Origin: Fibrobacteria bacterium
GTDB taxonomy: Bacteria > Fibrobacterota > Fibrobacteria > UBA11236
Length of the DNA stretch: 64,000 nucleotides
Assembly (NCBI GenBank): GCA_041746255.1
Contig: JBGTHM010000032.1
Coordinates: 1 to 64,000 of the forward strand
Direction: 5' to 3'
Shown: positions 10,021-22,052 of the stretch, piece after piece
How the letters are laid out: every line of letters begins with the position of its first letter
Numbering within the stretch: the stretch's first letter is position 1
Made by a program: the position numbers and the translations under genes
The notes under the pieces: model-generated
What the model was told of the DNA's origin: nothing
The model's database searches: none
What the model saw: the letters and a program-made list of their open reading frames with translations, nothing else

Positions 10021-10611
10021 ATGGTATCCATTTCCAAACACAAAGACGTGAAGCGCAGCGATTTGCTGCTGGATAAAACCGATTCGGTATTATTCCTGGT
10101 GGATTTTCAGGAAAAGTTCCGTCCCGCCATTTCCGGTTTCGGTAGTTCAGTCCGTAACGCTTCGGTATTAATTCAAGCGGCCAACCGGTTGGAAATACCC
10201 GTGGTATTTACCGAGCAATATCCCAAGGCTTTGGGAGCTACGGTTTCCGAGTTGGCGCAATTTCTTCTTCCTGAGCATCGGGTTTTCGACAAAATGTGTT
10301 TCAGCGGCGCGGGCAAGGGCGAAATCGTGGAGCATATCCGGCAATTGGGGCGTAGGCAAATCGTCGTGGCGGGGGTGGAGGCGCATGTCTGCGTGCTGCA
10401 AACAGCTTTTGATTTGATGGCGAATATGCAGGTGCAGTCCTATGTGGTTGCCGATGCCTCGGCTTCGCGCAAGGATTCGGATAAGGATCAGGCTATGCGC
10501 CGCTTGGACCGGGGCGGGGTGGAGGTGATTACCACGGAGATGGCCCTGTTCGAGTGGATGGAAACGGCAGGGACGCCGGAGTTCAAGGCCTTGCAGGAGT
10601 TGGTGAAGTGA
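10021..10611 (+). CDS. Isochorismatase/YcaC-like cysteine hydrolase
   Basis: LVDFQEK, TEQYPKALG, DKMCFS, GVEAHVCVLQT; AGGAGG RBS. Confidence 0.9.
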   Translation: MVSISKHKDVKRSDLLLDKTDSVLFLVDFQEKFRPAISGFGSSVRNASVLIQAANRLEIPVVFTEQYPKALGATVSELAQFLLPEHRVFDKMCFSGAGKGEIVEHIRQLGRRQIVVAGVEAHVCVLQTAFDLMANMQVQSYVVADASASRKDSDKDQAMRRLDRGGVEVITTEMALFEWMETAGTPEFKALQELVK

Positions 10612-11629
10612 GAGGTAGTAATCGGTTAATACGCCTTCCCGATATGTCGAATCCCATAATATCTATGAGGGGGTAGCGAATGCTCATTTTTCCTTGCGTG
10701 GGTATCGGCGCCCTACCCTTGGCGGCGGTTGCGCTTAGGGATACCACTCCGGAAGGCTTACCATATGCTTTTCCCACGGCAGTCAGGGAATCACCATCAT
10801 GGAGAAATGAGTTTTCGGTTGCGCCCGCTCCCACTTCTCCATATCTATGCAAACTGAACCAGGCATAACGCTCCACGAAAGGCAGGGAGTCGAGCATGCG
10901 GGCGGATTCCGAGGCGAAGGCGGCTTGTATTTCCAAGCTGGGAAACATTGGCGTATACCCCCAGGCGATGAGGCTGTATTCGGTCAGCCAGATCGGACGC
11001 TTGAATTTTTCATGTACCGAAATCAGAAAATCCCGCAATTGTTTTACGGCGATTTCCGTTGTAAAATCGTACCCATACCAGTGAAGGCAAATGAAATCCA
11101 CCCTCAGATCGCGCTCCTCCACTCCTTGCATGAATTTTTCGAGCCAACTTCCGGCCCGGTCGGGAGGATTAGCCGTACCGGGGCTTCCCAAACGCATACC
11201 GGTCTCCATGAGGCGAGGCCATAAATCCAAGGCGTGCTCCACGGTCATATTGGCTTGGTGGGTTTCGTTGGGTCCGTCCGGTTCGTTAAAGCCAAGGAGC
11301 TCGTTTCCATGCGTCTTGGCACGGTCGAGGTCCGCATCGGTTACAAATTGCCATCCCCAAATCATCGGAACAAATTGAGCGGAGGTGTTGTTGATGGGTT
11401 TTGAGGTCAGCCAATTGTAATACCAGTCCGGCTTCAGGTCATTGACGGCCTTTTCCAGATTGAAACTTTGGTGCTCCCAAAGACCGACCCCTTTTTTTTG
11501 AGAAAACCCCAGTTGGATCGTCACGGATAAGAGGACAAGAAGTAAGGATATTCGGAATCCCTCAAAGGTCTGGAAAACGGGACTGTGACGTACCGTTCTA
11601 GGGGATTGCTCAGGTGTTCGGGTTTTCAT
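10583..11629 (-). CDS. Secreted GH128-like (Glyco_hydro_cc) beta-1,3-glucanase
   Basis: WYYNW, FVPMIWG, LLGFNEPD, RLGSP, DFICLHWY, PIWLTEY, VERYAWF; hydrophobic N-terminal segment; start uncertain. Confidence 0.85.
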   Translation of the reverse strand: MKTRTPEQSPRTVRHSPVFQTFEGFRISLLLVLLSVTIQLGFSQKKGVGLWEHQSFNLEKAVNDLKPDWYYNWLTSKPINNTSAQFVPMIWGWQFVTDADLDRAKTHGNELLGFNEPDGPNETHQANMTVEHALDLWPRLMETGMRLGSPGTANPPDRAGSWLEKFMQGVEERDLRVDFICLHWYGYDFTTEIAVKQLRDFLISVHEKFKRPIWLTEYSLIAWGYTPMFPSLEIQAAFASESARMLDSLPFVERYAWFSLHRYGEVGAGATENSFLHDGDSLTAVGKAYGKPSGVVSLSATAAKGRAPIPTQGKMSIRYPLIDIMGFDISGRRINRLLPLTSPTPARP

Positions 11630-11980
11630 TCAGTACAACCTTTGTATAGGACCTACCTGCGGAATGCAACTTCTGAAAATAAGGTAGTCTAAGGGTCGCG
11701 ATTTTGGAGTTTCTCCCCAGGAGGGTGAGAATAAATTCGTTAAAAGAAATTTCCCCATGAAAGGCTTTAAAAACCTCAGTGGCTGGAGATCCACTTTAGA
11801 AGAAATAGGCCACTTTGCCCATCCAATACCAGTCTTGGGGGCGAAAGGAAATGGCCCGCGTACCCGGTGGATTGTTGTCTCCATAACCCCGGAAGGTGCC
11901 CGGCCGAAAGTGATCACTGGCCGGTCAAGTTTTTCCTCAAGGACGCATATTTAGGAGATGCGACCTGGCGGCCGCACCTA

Positions 11981-14558
11981 TCACCGCTTTAGGGAATGGA
12001 ATGAACGCACCATTGAGTCTTTTCCGGATTCAAGCTTGAGGATGTACATCCCTTGACCCAATATATCCTGGGAAAAATCAACGCGTTGTTTTCCCGTTCC
12101 CGAAAACTGCCGGGAGAGATTGTATACCAGGCGTCCCTGCCGATCGTAAATACGTACTCTTGCCTGCCCAGATTGCGGCAGGCTGAATGTGAGGCCTTCC
12201 GAGGAAAGCAAGTCGATTGCCAGACTCTTTTCCGGCCGTGCCAGGCGACTTACGGTAGTCGCAGTCCCCAGCGAAAGGACATTGAGGTGGTCCACACTGA
12301 CATTTACCTTGGGAGACAATTTCAAGGTGTTCGCTCCGCTTTTCAACTCCACGGCAATCTGATCCCAGGCCCAGACGTTCCTGCTGGAAGTGGACCACAT
12401 CGGAAGCGACAAAGTGGTCTTGCCGTTTACCACGACGGCCGCATCGGCCTGTTCCGTGGTGGCATAGCGGAATTCCAGCGCGTAGGCGCTGGCAGCGGGA
12501 ACATTCACGGTCCAAGTGATGTCACCCGATTTGGAAAAATTCACATATCCGGTGCCCGTGAACCCCGAGGTTGCCGAAGCCTTGGCGCCGCCCGCCAATA
12601 CGGCATCTTCGGCCTCGAAAACCGTCCCTCCAGAGGTGGGCTCTATCGAGGTAATGCTCCCGCCGGCATCCTTGAGAGCTTCGCCGAACATGATGCGCCA
12701 ATCGCAGCGGCCGGTACGGTTCAACCAGAGCGATTCCTTGTTCTGCGCCAGGATACTGGCTGTATAAAGGCGCCAATACTTCGCGGCGGCTTTCATATCC
12801 CCACCTACCTTGTTCGCATAGAATTTTCCCATATAAGCGATGGTGCGGATATCCCACAAAGTGAGCCGGAGTTCCTTGTTTCCCATGGGATCGATTTGCT
12901 TGATTAAATCCAGCGCCTTGTCTGCGTGCTTATTCAGGCTGGCTTCAACCTCGGCGGGGGATAATTTGAGGTTGTCCTGCTGGTTGTTGGCGGTGAATTT
13001 GCCGGCGTTATAACCGTAGGCTCCGTCTCCCCGCGAGTCCCCGGGCTGGCTGGAGCAGCATTCGATATACCATTTGTAATCGGCGCCGTCGTTCCAGTGG
13101 TAGCGGGTAACTTCCGGATAAATCAGGGAGGCCTCCTGCCAGGCCGTATAGAGCGGGTTCACATCGGTCAGGTTGAAATGCGATTTGAGAATATCCTTGA
13201 AGCGCTGGCTGGGCACATCGGGGTCATACGCCAGACGTCCCCATAACAACCAGTGGTACCAGTGTTTATCCACTTCCAATTGCCGGGGCGATTCCGGTTC
13301 CTTGCTCATGAATTCGCGGCCCCAGATGTAATTATCCGAACCGACGTAAATCCCTTCGGTAGGGCTCTTGGGAATATTCTTGATGAATTCCCTTACAAAA
13401 TCCGGGGATCCCCACCGGTTTATGAAAACGTCGTCGTTTCTCAGCGTCCACATGGTTTTATGGTTGCCGATTTTGCTCGCGAAATCCTTGTACAGCTGGG
13501 GAGTTGTGCTCGCATAGAGATGGGCATAAGCGTATTTGAAGCTGAATATGAATTTCACCTCGGGAACGTTCAAAAGCGGCTTGAATTCCGTCAAAATTTC
13601 ATTCACCGTGGTCTGGTGCTGGCGGTGGATGAAGGTGATGACCCTGTCGGGATTTTCTTTTTTGAAAAGCGGGTCTTTCACCGCGTCCTGGGTGCCCAAC
13701 CCATAAGTCTTGTAAACCCAATCCTCGCCATGGCTACCCATATTTTCACCCGTGGTAACGCCCACGCCTCCCAGGTCGGGGTAAGTCAGGATGAAGGACT
13801 TGACGCTTTTCCGGAAATAGTCGGTATTACCGGCGCCAATGTCCGTCCCATAGGTGTAAATGAGCCAGTTAACGAAATCTTACCATCGAGGGAAAATGGC
13901 CCAGGTTCCAACAGGAAATCATGTTATACCGGGAGCGGGCCAGAAAGTCGATATACCGGGTCCAAAAATCCCAGGACCACATTTCCTTGATATTATGCTG
14001 GCCGGGATCGCTCATGTCACTGTAGCTGGGGGAGCGCATATCGAGAGGGATATTGAATTTGGTGCCTCGCAGGGGCATATAGGGATTCTGCACCGCCTCG
14101 GTAACACCGGCGAAATCATGCAGCCGGACCAGCTCAGCCAATTCAAGGCCTCCATACATGGCCCCGGCGTCATCGGCGCCCAGAATCCAGTAAATGGTTC
14201 CGCTCTTCTGGGTAATCCGGATTCCGAAACCTTCTGCCTTCAGCCCTGATGGCGGGGTTCCGCCCTCCGCTTGCAGCTTGCTTTTAACTCCACTATTGCC
14301 AATGGTGGAAAGGACCACCATTAAATTGCCCGATGCGGTGGATACTTGCGAGAGAGGAACTTCGGTGACCGCATGCCCGCGGGCCCCCAGCGAGGTTTTG
14401 AGTTCTTCGGATGCAAAGGCCGACATAGTATTGGCCGGATCGCTGATAAGGGTTACTTGCGCGGACTCGGCTGCGGAAACCAACAGCGCAACCATAAACA
14501 GGGTCGCCGCACGGAAAGCCGTTACCGAAATACCGGATGAAAAATTTACAAGTCTCAT
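11981..14558 (-). pseudogene. Split secreted carbohydrate-active protein (GH67/GH115-like N domain, catalytic domain, CBM6/35-like module, C-terminal sorting-like domain)
   Basis: ORF 13869-14558 has a signal peptide and GADDAGAMYGGLELAE...RGTKFNIPLD and stops after FPSMVRFR; another frame resumes at about 13879 (DFVNWLIYTYG...DYFRKSVK...GVTTGENM) and continues into ORF 11981-13765 with FEAEDA...GFTGTGYVNF and VRIYDRQGRLV...GMYILKL. Confidence 0.75.
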
Positions 14559-14655
14559 ATAAACGTCCTAGTTAGTTGGGCACGGATGCATCGCAGAAGG
14601 TGTAGGTAAGATAAAACTTGCTCCGGAGCCTCTCAACCAAAGAGTCCTTCCGAGG

Positions 14656-15376
14656 CTAATTGGGCAGTTCAAACCAGACCCCGGCCGCCCTAGCGGGTCC
14701 ATTCCATGCCGGACCACCCTTCCTTCCAATAGAATAGCTGCCCAGCGCCCGGCCATCCAGACTGAAAATTCGGAGGGACATGTCGGAGCGGGCAGGATTT
14801 CGTCGCGGCTCAAATCGCACACTAGCCGGCCAAAATTCCAATTTCGGCTTGAGGCGGACATGCTCGACATCGTACACGGCGATGTTATCGAAATAGGCAT
14901 ACAAGGTGGCGTAACTTCCGTCGGAGTTCTTGGGCGCCCATTCGGGGGCATTGCCTCCGTGAAAGGTATGGAAAAGCACTTTGTTGATTTCCGATGCCGC
15001 TCCATCGGCCTTGCGAAATTGGATCCTGTCTCGCTTCTGAATAAGATCGCCATTCGCATACAGCCGGAACTCTCCATTGAATGCCGATGCGGGCTGGTTC
15101 ACTTTCACGTACTGGCAAATCGATTGGTAGACATCCCTTTGCAATTATCATCCAGAGGTCCCAGGCCATGCAGCTTTCCGCCGAGCACGAATTGGAAATC
15201 GGCCTCGAACAATACATCGAAACACAGGGTGGCTTCCGGCAGGTTGGTGGGCAGCATGCCGCCGAAGCGGGAAGCAGGAGTAGACACAACCCGGCTATGC
15301 CGGGAAGAATACCTCCGGCTATACCGGGTTTCCCGTTAATTGTCGGATATTCCCATTTGCATTCGACAGCATCCAT
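14656..15376 (-). pseudogene. Fragmented PL14-like polysaccharide (alginate/glucuronan) lyase
   Basis: Three frames: signal-like GLCLLLLPASAA; EATLCFDVLFEADFQFVLGGKLHGLGP; YVKVNQP...NGEFRLYANG...LFHTFHGGNAPEWAP...YFDNIAV; intervening segments appear to be missing. Confidence 0.7.
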
Positions 15377-17119
15377 TCAATATATAGCCACCTTGAAAAT
15401 GGCGTTATGCTCTTCTGAGGTTGCATGGACGAAATAGGTTCCATTGCCGAGACTGAAGCTGGCTTTCCGGACGCCTTTCACGCTTCCCCGGATTTTTCCG
15501 TGTATATCCACGATACGTACATCCAGTGCGGTAACTGATTGAATTTCCAGGGGTGAGCCGGAGCGATGTAATACTCTAATTCCACCAACCTGTTGCCGTT
15601 GCGAGAGCGCCACTGTATTTCGGCAACTTCCATCATCCAATTCGGCATCGGACAGGTAATTCAAGGCCTGCGGATCAGTGCAGCCCATTTTCAGAACCTT
15701 GGTGGAAAGCGTGCCGACGGGCCGGATATCCGCATTCACATCCTGGTTGAAATCAGCGAGCAGTTTTTTCAACTCGGCTGCCTTGGCCGCATTCGCCGCG
15801 GATACATCCTTATCTTCATGGACATCATTTTCCAGATCGTAAAGTTTTCCGTCCCTGAGCTTCCATTTGCCCGAACGCACCGCCTGCAAGTTGTAATAGA
15901 AGGCCTGGTGCGGTGATTTCGCTCCCGCCTCACCCTTGATTAGCGGCCAGATATCCTTGCCATCCAGAGCACGATTCCTGGGCAGCCCGCCACCGCTCAA
16001 GCCGGCCAGGGTGGGATAGATATCGATGGCGGCCGCCATCTCGGATTGCACCAGGCCCTGGGGTATTTTCTCCGGCCACCGCACAATCATTGGAACCCGC
16101 ATGCCGCCTTCCCAATTCGTCATCTTCCCCTCCCGGAAGGGGAAGGCCGTCCCTCCATCCTCTTGCCGGATGAGCCACGGACCATTATCCGAGGTGAATA
16201 TCACCATGGTCTTATCGTCCAAGCCCAGGGCTTTCAGCGAATCCAGCAACCTGCCCACGTTCCAGTCCATCTCTTCGATGACATCCCCGTAGAGGCCGCG
16301 CGGAGACTTTCCCTTGAATTGCGCGGAAGCGTACAAAGGAGTATGCGGCATGTTATGCGGGAGATAAACCATGAAAGGCTTTGCCTTGTTCTTCCTGATG
16401 AAGCTTATGGCTGCTTCGGTATAGCGGCGGGTTATGGTGGATTGATCAACGGGAAATTCGACGATCTCCTCATTGCGCATCATGGGCATCAGATTCCGAT
16501 GCTGGCTTTTGATTTGGTCATAGGTGAGGCTCTTCAAAGCCAGGAACTTCTCACGCGTCCAGCCATCCCGAAAAATTGCATCCGCGGCCAGCGGAGCATG
16601 AGGGTCGGTGTACATGTCGTTGCTGAAAGGTATTCCGTAATACTCGTCGAATCCCTGGCTGGTGGGCAGGAAGGGTTTTTTATGTCCCAAATGCCATTTG
16701 CCGAACATTCCGGTGGCATAACCGCGGGCCTTCAGCAATTCTGCCACGGTGACCTCGTTCTGATTGAGACCCGTTTCGTCATCGGGCCAGAATACCCCGC
16801 TTCCGAGTCCTACCCGATGAGGATAGACACCCGTCAGCAAGGCGGCCCGGCTGGGCGTGCATACGGGATGACCCGAGTAGAAGTTAGTGAAACGGACACC
16901 CTCTTCCGCCATCTTATCCAGATGGGGGGTTCGGATGGGAATGCGGTCCCAGGCATTCCAGGTTGCCCCCGCAGGAGCGCTGCCGGAACCATAGACGCCC
17001 ACGTCGGCATATCCCTGGTCATCCGTGAAAATGATGATGAAATTAGGCTGCGATTGCGCCCAGGAAGAGATGAGGCTGCCCAGAAAAAGGGAAATTAGAG
17101 AAGCTGTGAAAATCCGCAT
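15377..17119 (-). CDS. Secreted S1 (formylglycine-dependent) sulfatase with C-terminal sorting-like domain
   Basis: PNFIIIFTDDQGYAD, CTPSRAALLTG, GKWHLG, FTSDNGP, WEGGMRVP; GCTDPQALNY..DDGSC linker; signal peptide ending SWA. Confidence 0.93.
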   Translation of the reverse strand: MRIFTASLISLFLGSLISSWAQSQPNFIIIFTDDQGYADVGVYGSGSAPAGATWNAWDRIPIRTPHLDKMAEEGVRFTNFYSGHPVCTPSRAALLTGVYPHRVGLGSGVFWPDDETGLNQNEVTVAELLKARGYATGMFGKWHLGHKKPFLPTSQGFDEYYGIPFSNDMYTDPHAPLAADAIFRDGWTREKFLALKSLTYDQIKSQHRNLMPMMRNEEIVEFPVDQSTITRRYTEAAISFIRKNKAKPFMVYLPHNMPHTPLYASAQFKGKSPRGLYGDVIEEMDWNVGRLLDSLKALGLDDKTMVIFTSDNGPWLIRQEDGGTAFPFREGKMTNWEGGMRVPMIVRWPEKIPQGLVQSEMAAAIDIYPTLAGLSGGGLPRNRALDGKDIWPLIKGEAGAKSPHQAFYYNLQAVRSGKWKLRDGKLYDLENDVHEDKDVSAANAAKAAELKKLLADFNQDVNADIRPVGTLSTKVLKMGCTDPQALNYLSDAELDDGSCRNTVALSQRQQVGGIRVLHRSGSPLEIQSVTALDVRIVDIHGKIRGSVKGVRKASFSLGNGTYFVHATSEEHNAIFKVAIY

Positions 17120-17272
17120 AAGATCTTGCCTGCCGGGTATAGACTGTAATTCCAATGGCATTGGTTAAAATTCGTTCCTGGAGATAGGGTATAAAGGCAA
17201 TATAATTCTTTTGCCTGGAGCCACGGTACTCGCATTCCCTTACTCTAGGGGATCACCGCCCAATATGTCGCA

Positions 17273-18244
17273 TTGATTTCCTTGGAGCTCGCGCGCACCC
17301 TCGCGTGCATCCAATCGGCTGATAATCCGCAAGCCTCGAACCGGATTGCCGGGGAAAACCCCTACCACAAAACCTCATTGTCCGTGGCGGTGCTTCCCGA
17401 TGATAAACCTGAAACCCTGGCCTTTTTCCGAAAGTACGCCCATTCCCACGTGATGAAAACCGAGGTAACCTGGGATTACCAGGAAAAATCCGCCCGGCTC
17501 ATCTCCAGCTATGCGGCCGTTACCGAAGCCAAGGAAGGCACCGAAAGGGGGACGCTCTTCGCCCTGCTGCGCCATCAATGGCTACACGCAGCCAGCCCTC
17601 TCACGGAATATATTTACCAGTCGGCGCGTGGCGTCAGGAAGGTAGCCGCCGGTCCGGCCTTCTCCACGTCCATGGTTTTCAACGGCATTCTGCCCGCCAT
17701 GCCCAATGCGGGTCTCACGAAATCAACCCTCGCCGAAATGATTGGGCGCGAATCCTCCGAATTTGTCGTGAGAGATACCTATAACGGCGGGAAAGCCCTC
17801 GGCAAGACCGCATACCTCGTGCAATTGGTCGATTTTGCCGGAGACACGGTCAAACGAGACGCACTGCTGAAAAATCTCAAAAGCAGCCTGGAGGAATGGT
17901 TTACGACCGGGGGAAACGGGCAGTTTTACTACCATAAACCCTGGTCTACCTTGGTCAGGTATCCCGCCGACTATTTTTCGGATGCGCGTCTCACCGACCA
18001 TCATTTCCATCACGCCTATTTCATCCAGGCCGCGGCCGATACGCTTTTCGGGCGCTTCAAATACTTCGACCCCTACGAAGGCCATGGCTGGGCCGACGGA
18101 ATAGGCTTCGAAAGGGGCAACAACCAGGAATCCTCCTCGGAGTCCATGAACTGGCCGACATTTTCGCAAGGGTGGTTAGGCGAAAATTATGACTTGAAAG
18201 GGCGGTGGTTGGACCGACCGGAACGGAATCGCCTACCCGATTGA
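17273..18244 (+). pseudogene. Truncated GH81 endo-beta-1,3-glucanase remnant
   Basis: SVAVLPD, YQSARG, DTYNGGKALG, TDHHFHHAYFIQAAA, FDPYEGHGWADG, GNNQESSSESMN; no signal peptide, much shorter than a GH81 catalytic module, ends just after the catalytic Glu motif. Confidence 0.75.
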
Positions 18245-18423
18245 TCCCCCTTTTTCTGCATTAATTCCTGGGATCAACGGCCGCAACGGAGTTCCCTTTG
18301 GACGCATGCCGGTTTCCTGGCAGGAATGTCAGACCCTAAGGATAGCTTAACACTTAGAACAGGCCTTGCACTTGCGAATGGTCCCGCTATTTGCTCCATT
18401 TCCCTTTTGGATTAGAGTATTAG

Positions 18424-19539
<1,116 letters not shown>

Positions 19540-19548
19540 GGGGACTCC

Positions 19549-20514
19549 TTGATGCAGCGTTTCTCTTTGACCCCCCGCTCCGTATTTTGGCTGCGGGTAG
19601 TCCTGACCCTGGCGACGCTGCTTTTCCTCTATGCCTATTTGGCTTCGCGTCCCGATGTCGGGCCTCTCCAATTGCATTATGATTGGAAATACCTCTTAGC
19701 CGCCCTAATCGCGCTTCCGCTGTGGTTGGGGCTGCGCGCGCTGAAATGGCGGGCTTTGCTCCGTACTGCCGACGCTACGGTTAACTTCCGGGATGCCTTA
19801 CGCAGTTATTTGGGAGGCTTACCCCTGGGGATGGTGACGCCGGGCCGCATGGGCGAGTTCGCTCGCGGGCTTTATTTACCGCAGCCGGACCTTCGCGGCG
19901 CCAAAACCGCGGGCCTGGTATTGATCGACAGCTATTCCGATTTTCTCACCGTGTTGGCCTGGGCTCTGCCGGGGGTGTGGGCGATATGGGGTTGGCCCGG
20001 TTTGGCTTGGGGATTATTGGCGGCGGCGGTGTTTTGGCCGTTGGGATTCTGGTTACTGGCCGGTAAGCAAGCGGTACAAAGGATTCCGCGGCTGCGGGGG
20101 CTACGGGATTTGCTGTTGCGCTTCCTGCCCGAAGTGGCTGCGGTGCGGGGTAGGCAATACCATGCGGCCTTGGGTTGGTCGGTGGTGGCCTTTGCGGTGG
20201 AATGGTTGCAATACGTTTGGGTAGTCCGCTTCATGATTCCCGATGCCATTCCCACCTGGGAATTGATGGGCGTTATCGCCCTGGTCACCTTGCTCAATTC
20301 CTTTCAAGTGACTTTGGCGGGTTTGGGTATTCGCGAAGGGTTGGCGGCGTTTCTCCTTTTTCGTTTGGGAGTGAGTCCCGAAATTGCCGCACTCTCGGCT
20401 TTTCTATTTTTCCTGGTTACCCAGGCGATTCCGGCATTGCTGGGCCTGGCCATGAAGCCGGTTGCCTCCCGTCAAGCTGCTCCGCAGAGGAAACTGGAAA
20501 CGCCGCTTCCCTAG
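19549..20514 (+). CDS. Lysylphosphatidylglycerol-synthase TM/UPF0104 flippase-like membrane protein
   Basis: LRALKWRALL, TPGRMGEFAR, AGLGIREG; many TM helices. Confidence 0.85.
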   Translation: MMQRFSLTPRSVFWLRVVLTLATLLFLYAYLASRPDVGPLQLHYDWKYLLAALIALPLWLGLRALKWRALLRTADATVNFRDALRSYLGGLPLGMVTPGRMGEFARGLYLPQPDLRGAKTAGLVLIDSYSDFLTVLAWALPGVWAIWGWPGLAWGLLAAAVFWPLGFWLLAGKQAVQRIPRLRGLRDLLLRFLPEVAAVRGRQYHAALGWSVVAFAVEWLQYVWVVRFMIPDAIPTWELMGVIALVTLLNSFQVTLAGLGIREGLAAFLLFRLGVSPEIAALSAFLFFLVTQAIPALLGLAMKPVASRQAAPQRKLETPLP

Positions 20515-20525
20515 AGCCCCCCTGA

Positions 20526-22052
20526 TTACTTTCGGCGGAAGAGGTGGATGCCGTTCTGTTCAAAGACATTTTCCCAGACCAGGGAGCTTTGCAACCGCTC
20601 CTTTCGATGGACAAGGTCGTGCCTTCCCGGCCACCATTCCGGTTGGTACCCCATGTCGAGCAATACGTAATCGTATTTTTCCGAGTAGGCTTCCCCGTAT
20701 ACCCAGTTGGCGATATAACGGCGGTCCGCGAATCGGCTGACGGCAGGACTGTGCACCACCAGCGAAGCTTCGGGAGGAATCCGGTGTTGTAACTCCCGGG
20801 TTGTCTGTGCCCTTTGCCAATCCATCTCGCCCAGGCGGACCAGCCCTCTCCAGTTGGGATAGGAGAGCAGCATGCAAAGAAATAGGGAGAGACCCCATTT
20901 TTTCAGACGTCGGGGGTCGGCGAAAATAAGGGTTGACCATGCCATGACGCCGAAGGCCAGGGAATAGTGACGCGCGAGGTCACGGAAGCTCGGGTCGGGA
21001 AAGCCGGCGTAGAAGAGAAGGAATGGTAATGGTAAAACCGCGTATTTCCATCCGACTGCATGGAAAAGGGGAAGGAAGGGAAGCAGGGAGCGGAGAAAAT
21101 ATTCGAGATTTTCGGCGCGGGCCATAAGCAGCAGCCACTCTCCGGGTCCGCGAGGCATCCATCCCGAGTAGAGGTTGCTTCCTTCGGTGGACAGCAAGGG
21201 GACTATGAGGTACCAGTAAAAGCCGATAAGCAAGCAGCCCAGGATGAAGGGATAGGCTATCCATCGCCAGTTGCGCCTTTCAAATAGAGCAAGGAGTATC
21301 AAAGACCCGATGCCGAGTACGAAAATTTCTTTGGAAAATACCACGGCGGGGATGAATGCCAACAGACCCTTAAGGCTTTCCCTGCGGTAGGCCAGCACGG
21401 CTAGGAGCAGGAAGGGAGCGCCCAAGACGTCGGCATGGAAGCCGAACAGCATTTTCGCTGCGAAGGCGGGGGAGAGTGCAATGGCCGCGGTGATGAGGAC
21501 TTTTTCCCAATCCCAGCCGCCTAGGTTGCGGGTTAACAAATGGATGGCGAAGATGAGAAGCGCGGACTGGGCGATGATGAGGCCATAATTATCCAAGGCG
21601 AGAAATATCGGGATAAAGAGCACGCTCAGATAATTGGAATGGCCGGAGAAATAATTGGCGCTATATAGGGTAAGGTAGAGGTTACCTCGGGCGAGGTTCC
21701 AAAAGGCGGTGGTATAGCAGGACATGTCCACGTCGCCGGCGTCCAGCATGACGAAGTATTGGAACAGGGCCAGCAGGGTCAGTAGGATGGCGGGGGAGAA
21801 GGCCAGCGGAGCGAGGGTGGAAGGTTTGAGGGATGAGCCTGTTTGGAGAGGGGGGATAGGACGTTGCAACCAGGCGGCGATGGCGAATGCGGCCAGGGTT
21901 ACCAGAAAGTAAGTGGGCGAGCGATAGCGATAGAGGTAAAAGCCGGAGACGAGTAGGGGGTAGAGCCAGTAGAGGAGCGAGTGGCCGGCATTGGATGAAA
22001 ACCAGCCGAATAGACGGGAGAAGGTGGGTATCATCGATGGGTTTTTAATCAC
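20526..22052 (-). CDS. DUF2079-like GT-C fold membrane glycosyltransferase
   Basis: DMSCYTTAFWN, YFSGH, LIIAQS, FGFHADVL, SKE, RHYS; multi-TM N region and soluble C-terminal domain. Confidence 0.7.
   Translation of the reverse strand: MIKNPSMIPTFSRLFGWFSSNAGHSLLYWLYPLLVSGFYLYRYRSPTYFLVTLAAFAIAAWLQRPIPPLQTGSSLKPSTLAPLAFSPAILLTLLALFQYFVMLDAGDVDMSCYTTAFWNLARGNLYLTLYSANYFSGHSNYLSVLFIPIFLALDNYGLIIAQSALLIFAIHLLTRNLGGWDWEKVLITAAIALSPAFAAKMLFGFHADVLGAPFLLLAVLAYRRESLKGLLAFIPAVVFSKEIFVLGIGSLILLALFERRNWRWIAYPFILGCLLIGFYWYLIVPLLSTEGSNLYSGWMPRGPGEWLLLMARAENLEYFLRSLLPFLPLFHAVGWKYAVLPLPFLLFYAGFPDPSFRDLARHYSLAFGVMAWSTLIFADPRRLKKWGLSLFLCMLLSYPNWRGLVRLGEMDWQRAQTTRELQHRIPPEASLVVHSPAVSRFADRRYIANWVYGEAYSEKYDYVLLDMGYQPEWWPGRHDLVHRKERLQSSLVWENVFEQNGIHLFRRK

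Noticed and set aside
18312..18327. GTTTCCTGGCAGGAAT as a further GTTYC-N6-GRAAC site
   Set aside because: One mismatch, and its own symmetry centre is offset from the motif; too weak
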